Assembly (NCBI GenBank): GCA_965116025.1
Contig: OZ220480.1
Location: forward strand, 352,001 to 416,000
Source of the DNA: an uncultured candidatus Porisulfidus sp.
GTDB lineage: Bacteria > Pseudomonadota > Gammaproteobacteria > Poriferisulfidales > Poriferisulfidaceae
Length of the DNA: 64,000 nt
Direction: 5' to 3'
Positions within the stretch are counted from its first letter, which is position 1; every line of letters starts with the position of its first letter. The position numbers were made by a program, and so were the translations under genes. Of this stretch, positions 10,886-21,022 are shown piece after piece. The notes below the pieces were generated by a model, which saw only the letters and a list, made by a program, of their open reading frames with translations, had not been told where the DNA came from and did not search any database.

Positions 10886-11914
10886 ATGAACTTCCGAATT
10901 TCCGCGATCGCCCTGCTCGCGCTGGCCGCCTCCACGGGCGCCCAGGCCCGCGACCAAATCAACATCGTCGGCTCTTCCACCGTCTATCCCTTCGCCACGG
11001 TCGTCGCCGAGCGATTCGGCAAGACCACGGCCTTCAAGACCCCGAAAATCGAATCGACCGGCTCCGGCGGCGGCCTGAAGCTGTTTTGCTCCGGCGTCGG
11101 CACCAGCACTCCGGACATCACGAACGCCTCGCGCAAGATCAAGAGCAAGGAGGTCGAGACGTGCGCCAAGAACGGCGTCGGCGACGTCACCGAGGCCAAG
11201 ATCGGCTACGACGGCATCGTCCTCGCCAACTCCAAGGCGACGGCCCCGATGGAGCTGACCCGGCGCGACATCTTCCTGGCGCTGGCGCGCGAGGTCCCGG
11301 ACCCGAACGGCGGAGAGTCCTTCGTCGCCAACCCCCACGAGACGTGGAAGGACGTCAACCCTGCCCTGCCCGACGCCAAGATCGAGGTGCTCGGCCCGCC
11401 GCCGACCTCCGGCACCCGGGACGCCTTCGCCGAGCTCGCCCTGGAAGGAGGATGCAAGACCTTCCCCTGGATCAAGGCGATGAAGAAGAAGGACAAGAAG
11501 CGCTACAAGTCCTACTGCCACTCCGTGCGCGAGGACGGCCACTACATCGAGGCGGGCGAGAACGACAACCTGATCGTGCAGAAGCTGACGGCCAACCCGG
11601 CCGCGCTCGGCGTCTTCGGGTTCAGCTTCCTGGACCAGAACTCCGACAAGGTCCAGGGCTCCGTCATCGACGGCGTCGCCCCGGCCTTCGAGGCCATCGC
11701 CGACGGCAGCTATCCGGTGTCCCGGCCGCTGTACTTCTATATCAAGAACGCCCATCTGGACGCCATCCCCGGCATCCGGGAGTTCGTCGCCGAGTTCCTG
11801 AGCGACCGAGCGAGCGGCGCCGACGGCTATCTGACCGAGAAGGGCATGATCCCGATGTCCGGAAGCGAGCGCGAGGAGCTGGTGGCCCGGGTCACCTCGT
11901 TCACCCCGCTTTGA
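10886..11914 (+). CDS. pstS: Phosphate ABC transporter substrate-binding protein
   Basis: Signal peptide; VGSSTVYPF, STGSGGG, GPPPTSGTRDAF, YPVSRPLYFY. Confidence 0.92.
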   Translation: MNFRISAIALLALAASTGAQARDQINIVGSSTVYPFATVVAERFGKTTAFKTPKIESTGSGGGLKLFCSGVGTSTPDITNASRKIKSKEVETCAKNGVGDVTEAKIGYDGIVLANSKATAPMELTRRDIFLALAREVPDPNGGESFVANPHETWKDVNPALPDAKIEVLGPPPTSGTRDAFAELALEGGCKTFPWIKAMKKKDKKRYKSYCHSVREDGHYIEAGENDNLIVQKLTANPAALGVFGFSFLDQNSDKVQGSVIDGVAPAFEAIADGSYPVSRPLYFYIKNAHLDAIPGIREFVAEFLSDRASGADGYLTEKGMIPMSGSEREELVARVTSFTPL

Positions 11915-11939
11915 GGCGGGATTTCCCGAACGTTTCGAG

Positions 11940-11968
11940 GAGGGCCGCGTTCGCGGCCCTCTTTGTTT
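11940..11968 (+). terminator. Rho-independent terminator after pstS
   Basis: GAGGGCCGCG-TT-CGCGGCCCTC stem followed by TTTGTTT. Confidence 0.8.
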
Positions 11969-12050
11969 GGGGTCGTGCTCATGAACGCGACGGGCGAGAG
12001 GGCCTCTTTGCTATACTTCAATCCGCAATGCCTTTTAGCGAGATCGCCTC

Positions 12051-12515
12051 ATGGCCGTGAGCGTGTTGAGCGCCGCGAAGTTCGCGGGCGAGTTTCTGGG
12101 GTGGTCCGTCTCCCACCTTAAAATGCAGAAAATGCTTTATATCTCGCACATGTATCACCTCGGACGAACGGGTGGCGACCCACTGGTTACAGGACAATTC
12201 GAGGCTTGGGACTATGGACCGGTGCATCCGATCCTGTATCACAAGGCAAAGATTTTCGGAGCTGATCGGGTAGAGAACATTTTTCGTCTCAATCCAGACA
12301 TTCGCGAGGAAGAGGCCCAAACCCTGAAACACATATTGAAGGTGCTCCGCGAATTTGATGGAGCGAAGCTCGTCGCGATCACCCACAGTAAAAATGGCGC
12401 ATGGGCGAAACACTACCGCCCAGGAGCGCGCGGCATCACGATCCCGAACGAGGATATTCTCGAGGAATACCGGAGGCGCGCCAAAACGGACGAGCGTGAG
12501 CGAGTCGATGCCTGA
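12051..12515 (+). CDS. Panacea-domain (DUF4065/GepA/SocA-like) antitoxin
   Basis: HLKMQKMLY and FEAWDYGPV signature motifs; L..ITH...W. Confidence 0.85.
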   Translation: MAVSVLSAAKFAGEFLGWSVSHLKMQKMLYISHMYHLGRTGGDPLVTGQFEAWDYGPVHPILYHKAKIFGADRVENIFRLNPDIREEEAQTLKHILKVLREFDGAKLVAITHSKNGAWAKHYRPGARGITIPNEDILEEYRRRAKTDERERVDA

Positions 12516-12837
12516 TACGGGCGGTTTCGAGCAGTCGCTTGAGCAAAGCGAATCAGACGAAAAAGATGAGCAGATCGAAAAACTGGAGGAATACCTCACC
12601 AAAGAGCAAGACTCCCGGAAAGAAGAACGCTTTATCGCTCTTCTCTCTTTGGTTATTTTGCTGGATATTTTCTTTTTCACGTTGATGCCGTCTCTCGGCG
12701 GTCCCATAGCGATATTAGTTCTCCAATTATTGTTATTCGTTCCCGTGGCGAGAATGATGGGCGTTAATGAGATAGGGAGATTGCTTGATAAGGTTCTCTT
12801 CCGAGTCCTCAGCAAAAAGGAAGATAATGGGCCATAG
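12508..12837 (+). CDS. Small membrane protein (109 aa), candidate toxin partner of Panacea
   Basis: ATG at 12508 overlaps the Panacea stop; acidic coiled N-terminus followed by two hydrophobic helices; AT-richer than the flanks. Confidence 0.65.
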   Translation: MPDTGGFEQSLEQSESDEKDEQIEKLEEYLTKEQDSRKEERFIALLSLVILLDIFFFTLMPSLGGPIAILVLQLLLFVPVARMMGVNEIGRLLDKVLFRVLSKKEDNGP

Positions 12838-12916
12838 TGGTGCGAGTCCCGCAGCCCGAGCGATTCGGGAAATTTAGCGAAGCGAGGTCGGGCGATCCCA
12901 GCCCCATCCCCTTGGC

Positions 12917-15748
12917 ATGAAACCCGCCCCCATTCCCGACAGCCTGAAAGAAGAGGCGGAATCGGCCCTGGAGGAGATCCGGCCCGCCCTTGACGGCGAG
13001 CTTCTGGACGAGAACCGGGCGGGCCTTCTGAATCTGTTCGCCGCGAGTCCCTTCGCGGCCCGGCTCGCGCGGTCCCGTCCAGACCTTCTGGAGTCCGCCC
13101 TGCGCGACCCGAACCCAAAAGATCTGGATCCGCCAGATCCCGTGGACTCGAACGACGCGGATTTCGCTCGATCATTGCGCCACGCCCGGACTCGGGAGAT
13201 GCTCCGCGTCATGTTCCGGGACATCAACGGACTGGCGGAGCTGCCGGAGACCCTACGCGACCTGAGTTCGTTCGCGGACCGCGCCGTCATGGGCGCCGCC
13301 CATTGGCACCGCGCTCGCATGAAAGCGCCGAGCCCCACTGATCGAAACGGCGATCCCGTGCCGTTCGTGGTCCTCGGCATGGGTAAGCTCGGCGGGGCGG
13401 AACTCAACTTCTCCTCCGATATCGACTTGATCTTCGCCTATCCGGACGCGGCCTCGGATCGCGACGAGGCGCAGTCTTACTTCATTCGCTTAGGGCAAAG
13501 GACGATCAAGGCCCTGGACGAGGTCACGGCCGACGGCTTCGTGTTTCGCGTGGACATGAGGCTGCGTCCGTTCGGCTCCACCGGCAGCCTGGCGTTGCCG
13601 TTCTCGTCCATGGAGGCGTACTACCAGAATCATGGGCGCGAGTGGGAGCGCTACGCCCTGATCAAGGCGCGTCCGCTAGGCGAGCCCACGGCCGCCGGCG
13701 CGGAGCTGACCGAGCTGCTCCGCCCCTTCATCTATCGACGCTCTCTGGACTTTCAAGTGCTCGAGGACCTGCGGACCATGAAAGCCAAGATGGAGCGTCA
13801 CGCGCGCAAAGAGACGCTGGAAGACGATCTCAAGCACGGCCCTGGCGGCATCCGCGAGGCCGAGTTCATCGTGCAGAGTGCGCAATTGATTTTCGGCGGA
13901 CGGGAAAAAGCCCTGCGGCAAAACTCGTGGATGGGCGCCCTGGAGGCGATGAATCGATGCGGCAAGCTTACCGACACCGACGTGCAAGTGCTGCTCGAGG
14001 CCTATTCCACCCTCCGCGCGACGGAGAACCGGCTGCAGATGATTGAGGACCAGCAGACTCACACCTTGCCGAAAGACGAGCTGGCGAGAGAGCGGATCCG
14101 GTTCTCGATGGGACACCCGGACTGGGAGGCGTTCGTGGAAGATCTCGCCATGCAGCGGGTCAGCCTGCAACTGGAGTTCACGTGCTTGATGCGGGTGGAG
14201 CTGGAGCCGGAGCAAGAGCACCCCGAGGAGCTGAAGGCCCTGTCGCACATGATCGAGACCGCCGGGCAGAAGGACGGCGACGCGACCGGCTTGGAGGAAG
14301 TCCTGGTAAAAATGGGGGTGACGGAAGACGCGGAAGCACCGGCGCGGCGCTTGCGCGCCATCGTCTCCTCGTCCGCGTGGAGCATGCAGAACTCCGGTGG
14401 ACGCCACTACGCGCTAGCGCTGATCCCGAAAATGATCGAGACGGCCTGCCGGCAAGAGAGCCCGGCCGACGTGCTGAACCTCTTGCTCGACTCTCTGGAA
14501 ACCCTTCTGCGCCGACCCGACTGCATGGCCCTGCTGGCCGAGAATCCTCCGGCGCTGAACCTGCTGGCTGAATTGATCCGCCGTAGCCCCTGGGTGCAGA
14601 CGCAGATCCTGCGGTCTCCCCACCTCATCGACGAGCTGCTCGCCCCGACCACGCTGTTCGGGGAGCGCGCTCCGGAAACCCTGCGCGAGATTCTGCATCG
14701 GGCCCTGCCGGACGACGCGGACGATCTGGAGCGGCAGATGAGCGCCTTGCGCCAGTTCCGGCAGTCCCAGACCCTGCAAGTCGCCGCCTGCAACCTGATC
14801 CACTCGAAATCCCTGTCGGACGTGAGCGACGAGCTGACCTGGATCGCCGAGACCGTCACGTCCTGCGCTTGGTACCTCGCGCTGCGCAAGCAGCTCCAGC
14901 GCGACGGCCAGCCCCATTGCGTGGTGGACGGCCAGCGCCGTCCGGCGCATTGCGCGGTCATCGCCTACGGCAAGTTCGGGGGGCTGGAATTGGGATTCAA
15001 CTCGGACCTGGATCTGGTGTTCGCGCACGACAGCGAGGGCGAGGAGCAGATGACCGATGGCGAGAATCCGGTCTACAACGAATATTTCTTCACCCGCGTG
15101 GTCCAGCGGTTCATCCACATCATGGAAACCCTGACTTCCGACGGAGCCTTGTACGAGATCGACCCGCGGCTACGACCCGGCGGGCAGTCCGGCCAAACCG
15201 TATGCGGTCTCCGCTACTACGAGAAATACCTGCGGGAGAAGGCCTGGACTTGGGAGCGTCAGGCCTTGGCGCGCGCCCGAGCGGTCGCGGGCGAGGAATC
15301 CGCGCGCGCGGCGTTCGGGGAGGTCCGGGCCCGGACCCTGCGCGCGCGCCGCGAGACCGCCGCGTTGCGGAAGGACTTCTTGGACATGCGCCGACGAATG
15401 CTCGAGGAGCGCCCGCCCCGACCCGAGAGCTTCCACCTCAAGAACGACCCCGGAGGCGTGACCGATATCGAGTTTCTGGTGCACTATAATGTGTTGTTCC
15501 ACGCCAGCGACCACCCGGAGATCATCGAGCCGACCGCCACGGTGATGATTCTGGACCGTCTGGCGGAAAGCGGCCTGATGGAGACCGAGACCGTCGAATT
15601 CTTGCGCTCTTGCTACTTCGCCTACCGCGACCGGATCCACGTACTCAGCCTGCAGGAAGAACCCCCGCGCGCTCCGCCGGAAGAATTCGCGGACGAGCGC
15701 GAGACGATCAGGAAAATCTGGAACGAGACCTTCGAACTGGCGACGTGA
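12917..15748 (+). CDS. glnE: Glutamine synthetase adenylyltransferase
   Basis: Two NT domains: GMGKLGGAELNFSSDIDL and AYGKFGGLELGFNSDLDL. Confidence 0.95.
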   Translation: MKPAPIPDSLKEEAESALEEIRPALDGELLDENRAGLLNLFAASPFAARLARSRPDLLESALRDPNPKDLDPPDPVDSNDADFARSLRHARTREMLRVMFRDINGLAELPETLRDLSSFADRAVMGAAHWHRARMKAPSPTDRNGDPVPFVVLGMGKLGGAELNFSSDIDLIFAYPDAASDRDEAQSYFIRLGQRTIKALDEVTADGFVFRVDMRLRPFGSTGSLALPFSSMEAYYQNHGREWERYALIKARPLGEPTAAGAELTELLRPFIYRRSLDFQVLEDLRTMKAKMERHARKETLEDDLKHGPGGIREAEFIVQSAQLIFGGREKALRQNSWMGALEAMNRCGKLTDTDVQVLLEAYSTLRATENRLQMIEDQQTHTLPKDELARERIRFSMGHPDWEAFVEDLAMQRVSLQLEFTCLMRVELEPEQEHPEELKALSHMIETAGQKDGDATGLEEVLVKMGVTEDAEAPARRLRAIVSSSAWSMQNSGGRHYALALIPKMIETACRQESPADVLNLLLDSLETLLRRPDCMALLAENPPALNLLAELIRRSPWVQTQILRSPHLIDELLAPTTLFGERAPETLREILHRALPDDADDLERQMSALRQFRQSQTLQVAACNLIHSKSLSDVSDELTWIAETVTSCAWYLALRKQLQRDGQPHCVVDGQRRPAHCAVIAYGKFGGLELGFNSDLDLVFAHDSEGEEQMTDGENPVYNEYFFTRVVQRFIHIMETLTSDGALYEIDPRLRPGGQSGQTVCGLRYYEKYLREKAWTWERQALARARAVAGEESARAAFGEVRARTLRARRETAALRKDFLDMRRRMLEERPPRPESFHLKNDPGGVTDIEFLVHYNVLFHASDHPEIIEPTATVMILDRLAESGLMETETVEFLRSCYFAYRDRIHVLSLQEEPPRAPPEEFADERETIRKIWNETFELAT

Positions 15749-16674
15749 GCACCCTCGCCCCAAATCCTGACGCCGTGATCTGGCTGGACGGCCGCATGGT
15801 CCCTTGGGAGAAGGCGACCACGCACGTGCTCACCCACAGCCTGCATTACGGCAGCGGCGTGTTCGAGGGACTGCGCGCGTTCGCCACTGAGCAAGGACCG
15901 GCCATCTTTCGCCTGCGGGAGCACACCGACCGTCTGTTCGCCTCGGCCGACTGCGTCGGCATGCGCCTTCCGTACGCCCGCGAGGAAATCAATCAGGCTT
16001 GCGTCGACGCGGTTCGAGAGAACCGGCTGGAAACGGCTTACATCCGGCCCATCTGCTTCTACGGCCCGGAGGGACTGGGACTGCATGCCGAGGGGCTGGA
16101 GGTGCATGCCGCGGTGGCGGCTTGGGAGTGGGGCGTCTATCTCGGCGTGGAGGGTCTGGAGCGAGGAATCCGGGTCCACACGTCCTCCATCGTTCGCGAC
16201 CGCGTGAACGCGCCGCTGACGAGCTCCAAGATCTGCGGCAACTACGTTTATTCCGCCGTGGCGACCGCACGGGCGAAAAGCGCCGGATACGACGAGGCCC
16301 TGCTGCTGGAGGCGGACGGGCGAATCTCGGAAGGAAGCGGCGAGAATCTGTTTCTCGTCCGCGACGGCGTTCTGGAAACCCCCGCGCTCGGCTCGGCCCT
16401 GGACGGGATCACCCGCCGCACCATCATCGAGCTCGCCCGCGAGAGCGGCATTGAGGTGCGGGAGAACCGTCTGGCCCGAGACGACCTGCTACGGTGCGAT
16501 GAGGCGTTTTTCACCGGAACGGCCGCCGAGGTCACGCCGATCCAGGAACTGGACGGCGCGACCATCGGCGACGGCCAGCGCGGGCCGCTCACCACGCGCC
16601 TGCAACGGCAGTATCAAGACATCGTCAGCGGTCGCTCCGAGACGCACCTCCACTGGCTAACGCCCGCGCGCTGA
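15745..16674 (+). CDS. ilvE: Branched-chain amino acid aminotransferase
   Basis: LHYGSGVFEG, EGSGENLF, LDGITR, FTGTAAEVTPI; GTG start overlaps the glnE stop. Confidence 0.93.
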   Translation: MSTLAPNPDAVIWLDGRMVPWEKATTHVLTHSLHYGSGVFEGLRAFATEQGPAIFRLREHTDRLFASADCVGMRLPYAREEINQACVDAVRENRLETAYIRPICFYGPEGLGLHAEGLEVHAAVAAWEWGVYLGVEGLERGIRVHTSSIVRDRVNAPLTSSKICGNYVYSAVATARAKSAGYDEALLLEADGRISEGSGENLFLVRDGVLETPALGSALDGITRRTIIELARESGIEVRENRLARDDLLRCDEAFFTGTAAEVTPIQELDGATIGDGQRGPLTTRLQRQYQDIVSGRSETHLHWLTPAR

Positions 16675-16676
16675 TC

Positions 16677-16904
16677 ATGCCAAGCCCCCATACCGCGGAC
16701 CATCCGGACGATTTCCAGACGCCAAACCAAGCGGTCCGGAAAAACGTCCACCGCAGCCAACTTCCCCTCCACTGTCCCATGCCGGGCTCCAGCTTATGGG
16801 ATTCCCACCCTCGGGTGTTCCTGCCTATCGAGGACGCGCCGGACCACAAGATTCGGTGCCCTTATTGCGGAACCGTGTACACGCTGGTGGACGCGGACCA
16901 GTGA
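16677..16904 (+). CDS. Zinc-finger (zf-CHCC) protein
   Basis: HCP...HPRVFL...CPYCG; usual position after ilvE. Confidence 0.85.
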   Translation: MPSPHTADHPDDFQTPNQAVRKNVHRSQLPLHCPMPGSSLWDSHPRVFLPIEDAPDHKIRCPYCGTVYTLVDADQ

Positions 16905-16910
16905 TTTCCG

Positions 16911-18335
16911 GTGCGCCTGAGCCTGCCTGACTTCTCCGAAATCCGCGTCCTGGTGGTCGGGGACGTGATGCTGGACCGCTACTGGGTCGGAAAGTCCGAG
17001 CGCATCTCGCCAGAGGCCCCGGTGCCAGTCGTGGCGATCGAGGATGAGCAGCAAAGGGTCGGCGGGGCGGGCAACGTAGCCGTCAACCTCGCGTCGCTAG
17101 GCGCGCGCGCCACGCTTCTCGCGCCGATCGGACCGGACCAGCCAGGCCGCGCCGTCGCGCGCCTGATCCGCAAGCGCGGGATCGAGAATCGCCTCATGAT
17201 TCAAGCCGACATGAGCACGTCGGTCAAGTTGCGGGTCGTCAGCCAACACCAGCAACTGATCCGACTGGACTTCGAGAAGCCAAGCCTTCCCGACAAGGCA
17301 GCGTTTCTGAAGCGATTTCGCGCGGCCTTGGCGAGCCGTGACGTGGCCATCCTGTCGGATTACGGGAAAGGCGCGCTGCATGACCCCCAGCCGCTGATCA
17401 ACCTGTGCCGCCGCATGGGAAAGCCCGTCTTCGTGGACCCCAAGCGCGACGACTTCTCCGCCTACGCCGGCGCCACCGCCATCACGCCGAACCGCCGCGA
17501 GCTGGAAGCCGTGGCGGGCTCCGCGCCAGCCCTTACTGACATCTCCAGAAAGGCCGGAAAACTCTGCCGCCAGCACCGCCTGAAGGCGATGCTGGTCACG
17601 CTTGGCGATCAGGGCATGCTGCTGCGCGAAGGCCGAAAAAGCGTTCACCTCGCCGTGGCCGCGCAGGACGTGTTCGACGTCACCGGCGCCGGAGACACCG
17701 TCATCGCCACGCTCGCATGCGCCCATGCCGCGGGACTATCGCTGGAAGAGGCCATGCGCTTGGCGAACCTGGCCGCGGGGCAGGTGGTGGGCAAGTTCGG
17801 AACGGCTTCCGTCACGCCAGACGAGCTGCAGAGCGCCGTCCGCCTCGAGCGGAACGTCAAGGCCGGCGTCGTTCCCTCCAGCATCCTCCGTAGACTGGTC
17901 GGAGAAGCCCGAGCGCTGGGCGAGACGATCGTCTTCACGAACGGCTGCTTCGACCTGCTCCACGCCGGCCACGTCACGTTGCTGGAGCGCGCCGCGGATC
18001 TGGGCGACCGGCTGATCGTGGCCGTCAACACCGACGCCTCGGTTCGCCGCAACAAGGGACGAGACCGCCCGATCCAGCCGCTGAAATACCGGCAACGAGT
18101 GCTGGCCGCTCTGGAGCGCGTCGACTGGGTCACGGCGTTCTCCCAAGACACTCCGGAACGGCTGATTCAGGAGATCCAGCCGGACGTGCTGGTCAAGGGA
18201 GCCGATTACGCGACCGACCGGATCGTCGGCAAAAAAGAAGTCGAGAAGGCGGGCGGAAAAGTCGTCGTCCTTCCGCTCGTGGAGGGCTGCTCGACCACGG
18301 ATCTGGTCCGGCGCGTCCGCGAGAGCGCGAAGTAG
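16911..18335 (+). CDS. hldE: Bifunctional heptose 7-phosphate kinase/heptose 1-phosphate adenylyltransferase
   Basis: GDVMLDRY, RISPEAPVP, DVTGAGDT, TNGCFDLLHAGH. Confidence 0.96.
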   Translation: MRLSLPDFSEIRVLVVGDVMLDRYWVGKSERISPEAPVPVVAIEDEQQRVGGAGNVAVNLASLGARATLLAPIGPDQPGRAVARLIRKRGIENRLMIQADMSTSVKLRVVSQHQQLIRLDFEKPSLPDKAAFLKRFRAALASRDVAILSDYGKGALHDPQPLINLCRRMGKPVFVDPKRDDFSAYAGATAITPNRRELEAVAGSAPALTDISRKAGKLCRQHRLKAMLVTLGDQGMLLREGRKSVHLAVAAQDVFDVTGAGDTVIATLACAHAAGLSLEEAMRLANLAAGQVVGKFGTASVTPDELQSAVRLERNVKAGVVPSSILRRLVGEARALGETIVFTNGCFDLLHAGHVTLLERAADLGDRLIVAVNTDASVRRNKGRDRPIQPLKYRQRVLAALERVDWVTAFSQDTPERLIQEIQPDVLVKGADYATDRIVGKKEVEKAGGKVVVLPLVEGCSTTDLVRRVRESAK

Positions 18336-18338
18336 TCC

Positions 18339-19352
18339 ATGTCCAGCCGGGACCGGGACCCACGCGTCCTGGTGGTAGCGCAAGCCTGGGTCGGCGACCT
18401 CGTGCTGAGCCAGATTCTGTACGTCCTCCTTAAGCGGCGACGACCCGACTTCTCCATCGACGTGGTCGCGCCCAGCTGGGCGGCGGCCCTGCTCGCGCGG
18501 ATGCCCCAAGTCGCGCGCCATATCGCCCTTGACGTCCGACGCGGCCAGCTGGGATTGTGGCGACGGTGGGCCGCCGCCCGGCGCCTGGACGCGGAATATC
18601 GACGGGCCATCGTCATTCCCCGCTCCGCGAAGGCCGCGGCGCTACCGTGGGTCGCTGGCATCCGGAAACGAGTCGGGTTCGGACCCGGAACGCGCGCGGG
18701 ACTCATCAACGACCCGCGCCCGCGCCCTCCAGACGCCCGGACCCGGATGGCGCGTCTGGCTTCCCGACAAATCATCGATCCCGCCTTCCTCCCTCGACCC
18801 AAGCTGGCCATCAATCCAGAAGAGGCCGCATCCGTGCCGCGAGAGTGGAAGATTGATCCCGGGGAACCGATGGTTGGGCTCATGCCGGGGGCCGCCTATG
18901 GCCCCGCCAAGGAGTGGGGCGCGAAATCCTTCGCCCGGCTGGCCGCCATGCTCGCCGCGCGAGGGCGACGCGTCTGCGTGATAGGCGCTCCGGGAGACCG
19001 TCCCTTGGGCGAGACCATCGTTCGCGCCGCGCCAAGGCATGCCATTAATCTGTGCGGCGAGACCAGTCTGGAGCAAGCCATCCTCCTGATCTCGAGACTC
19101 ACGGTCGCGGTCTGCAACGACTCTGGACTCATGCACGTCGCCGCGGCCGTGGACACCCCGGTGGTCGGGATTTACGGCCCGACCAGCCCCGACACGCACC
19201 CGCCCCTGACGGACGCCCGGAGAATTCTCTCGGTGGAGGTCCCATGCAGTCCCTGCCACCGCCGCGCCTGCCCGTATCAGAGTCATGCATGCATGGCCCG
19301 CATCACGCCGGAACGGGCGCTTGAGGCCGCGATGGCCCTGCTGCCCGAATGA
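18339..19352 (+). CDS. waaF: LPS heptosyltransferase II
   Basis: WVGDLV, PGAAYGPAKEW, NDSGLMHVAAA. Confidence 0.9.
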   Translation: MSSRDRDPRVLVVAQAWVGDLVLSQILYVLLKRRRPDFSIDVVAPSWAAALLARMPQVARHIALDVRRGQLGLWRRWAAARRLDAEYRRAIVIPRSAKAAALPWVAGIRKRVGFGPGTRAGLINDPRPRPPDARTRMARLASRQIIDPAFLPRPKLAINPEEAASVPREWKIDPGEPMVGLMPGAAYGPAKEWGAKSFARLAAMLAARGRRVCVIGAPGDRPLGETIVRAAPRHAINLCGETSLEQAILLISRLTVAVCNDSGLMHVAAAVDTPVVGIYGPTSPDTHPPLTDARRILSVEVPCSPCHRRACPYQSHACMARITPERALEAAMALLPE

Positions 19353-19416
19353 GCGGCGTTGCTACAATGGCGGGGTGGCCCGGAGCCTTGGAGACAAGGC
19401 CGTCGGGAGAATGCGG

Positions 19417-19504
19417 GCCGAGATGGCGGAATCGGTAGACGCGCCGGACTCAAAATCCGGTGGGGCAGCCCCCCGTGTGGGTTCGAGTCCCACTCTCGGT
19501 ACCA
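19417..19504 (+). tRNA. tRNA-Leu(CAA)
   Basis: GCCGAGA/TCTCGGT acceptor stem, D-loop GG, anticodon loop CT-CAA-AA, long variable arm, GGTTCGAGTCC T-arm, encoded CCA. Confidence 0.96.
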
Positions 19505-19567
19505 GCAGCCCCAGCGGTATCGCGGGGGCGCGGTAACATCTTCGGACTGGTGGCGGATTCCGCCGCG

Positions 19568-20773
19568 TCAGGCGAAGAGACGCACGATAAACCGCTCGCC
19601 ATCTTCAATGAGGTCGGCCTCCGTCCCGTTGCGCAGCCTCATGCCGCGCACGATCTTTCTCGGTACCCCCATCCCCATATGCTCGACATAGCCATAGTCC
19701 CGCATCACGTCCTTCAGCAACGGGTCTTGGGCAGCCCTGGCTCCAACCCGCATGCGTTCGGGCGTTATGCCATTGGGTAGTCTTCCAGGCGAGATGACCT
19801 CCAGCCGGTCCTGGTACACCGCCAGCTCAATGTCCGTATTCGCCAGAAGGTAGTCTCTATGGATAAGCGCGTTCGTCACGGCTTCACGCACTACTTCATC
19901 AGGGTAAGTCGAGTGTCCCACGCGACGCGCGCTGTCCTTAAGGTCGCCGCTCACAGGAGTGTTTCGTCTAACGAACTCCAACGCCTGCTCAACGAGGCCA
20001 GCTTCCAAAAGTTCGCCACCACGGTCCGAAAGTGATGTCATGGGACCGCGCAACTTTCTCCGCTCAATAGCCGCATAGTCCTTTTCTGACCCTGAAAACG
20101 CTGCCGCGTCAATGCCCGCCTGCGGCAGAAAGCGATTCGGCATGGAGCCGAAAAGCAACAGGCCTGACCAACCCACACCATCCTCAACCATGATTCCCGT
20201 GTTGACCAACAAGGTCCGCCAGCTCGATTCGTCGTCATCATCTGGAATTTCCTGCTGACGAATCACCTGAAAATACTCCTTGAGCCGACGACGGTCCAGA
20301 TCGTCGAGCGTCGTCCCATGAGCGGGCCGCAGGTCGGCGCGAAGCGCCCCGCGTCGCCGAAAGAGCCAGTCCAGTTCTTCGGGAGTCGACTCTCGGCTCC
20401 GCGTTCCAACCCGGACGAAATAGACGTTTCCGTCATCGCTCCGCTGGCTATGCGCGTAAACGCCGCGCGGCACCCGCACGACCACGACATCAGCGCCCGG
20501 GCGAGCGTCCTTGATCGTCTCGAAATATGGGGTGACCGCCGGCATGATCTTGTCCCGGCATACGTCCGCCACCCACTCCTCCAGACGTTCCCGCGTCACC
20601 CCGACTACGGTTCCGTCATCATCCACGCCGAGAAAAACCCTGCCGCCCTCCAGGTTGGAGAACGCGACCAGATCCTTAGCGAGGTCGTGATCCCGCGCGT
20701 CGTCCCGCTTGAACTCGATGCCGGAATTCTCACCATTCGCGATGATCTCCAGGAGCTCCACCCGCGTCGTCAT
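19568..20773 (-). CDS. Schlafen/AlbA_2-domain protein with HATPase_c_4 (RecG C-terminal-like) domain
   Basis: ENSGIEFKR, VAFSNLEGGRVFLGVDDDG; REAVTNALIHRDY, ISPGRLP, EHMGMGV. Confidence 0.85.
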   Translation of the reverse strand: MTTRVELLEIIANGENSGIEFKRDDARDHDLAKDLVAFSNLEGGRVFLGVDDDGTVVGVTRERLEEWVADVCRDKIMPAVTPYFETIKDARPGADVVVVRVPRGVYAHSQRSDDGNVYFVRVGTRSRESTPEELDWLFRRRGALRADLRPAHGTTLDDLDRRRLKEYFQVIRQQEIPDDDDESSWRTLLVNTGIMVEDGVGWSGLLLFGSMPNRFLPQAGIDAAAFSGSEKDYAAIERRKLRGPMTSLSDRGGELLEAGLVEQALEFVRRNTPVSGDLKDSARRVGHSTYPDEVVREAVTNALIHRDYLLANTDIELAVYQDRLEVISPGRLPNGITPERMRVGARAAQDPLLKDVMRDYGYVEHMGMGVPRKIVRGMRLRNGTEADLIEDGERFIVRLFA

Positions 20774-21022
20774 AATCAAAGTCGTATTGGGGCGGCGCGT
20801 CTCGAAGGGATTTCCACCGTGCCGTATTGTGTATTGCGAGCGACGCTCCATCGGAATCGGCTTCTCTCCAAACTTGAGATGATCCAGCGGACCGGCATGC
20901 CGGGCGCGGTGTCCGGATGGCCTTCATCGTCTCGATACTCCGAGCCGAACGGAGAGAGTTCCCTGCGATGGATTTCGCCAAAGGAACCGGTTAAAATTCT
21001 GGCGCGCGACTTGTTCCACCCG

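Noticed and set aside
19480-21000. Integrative element at tRNA-Leu
   Set aside because: No integrase and no duplicated tRNA 3' end found
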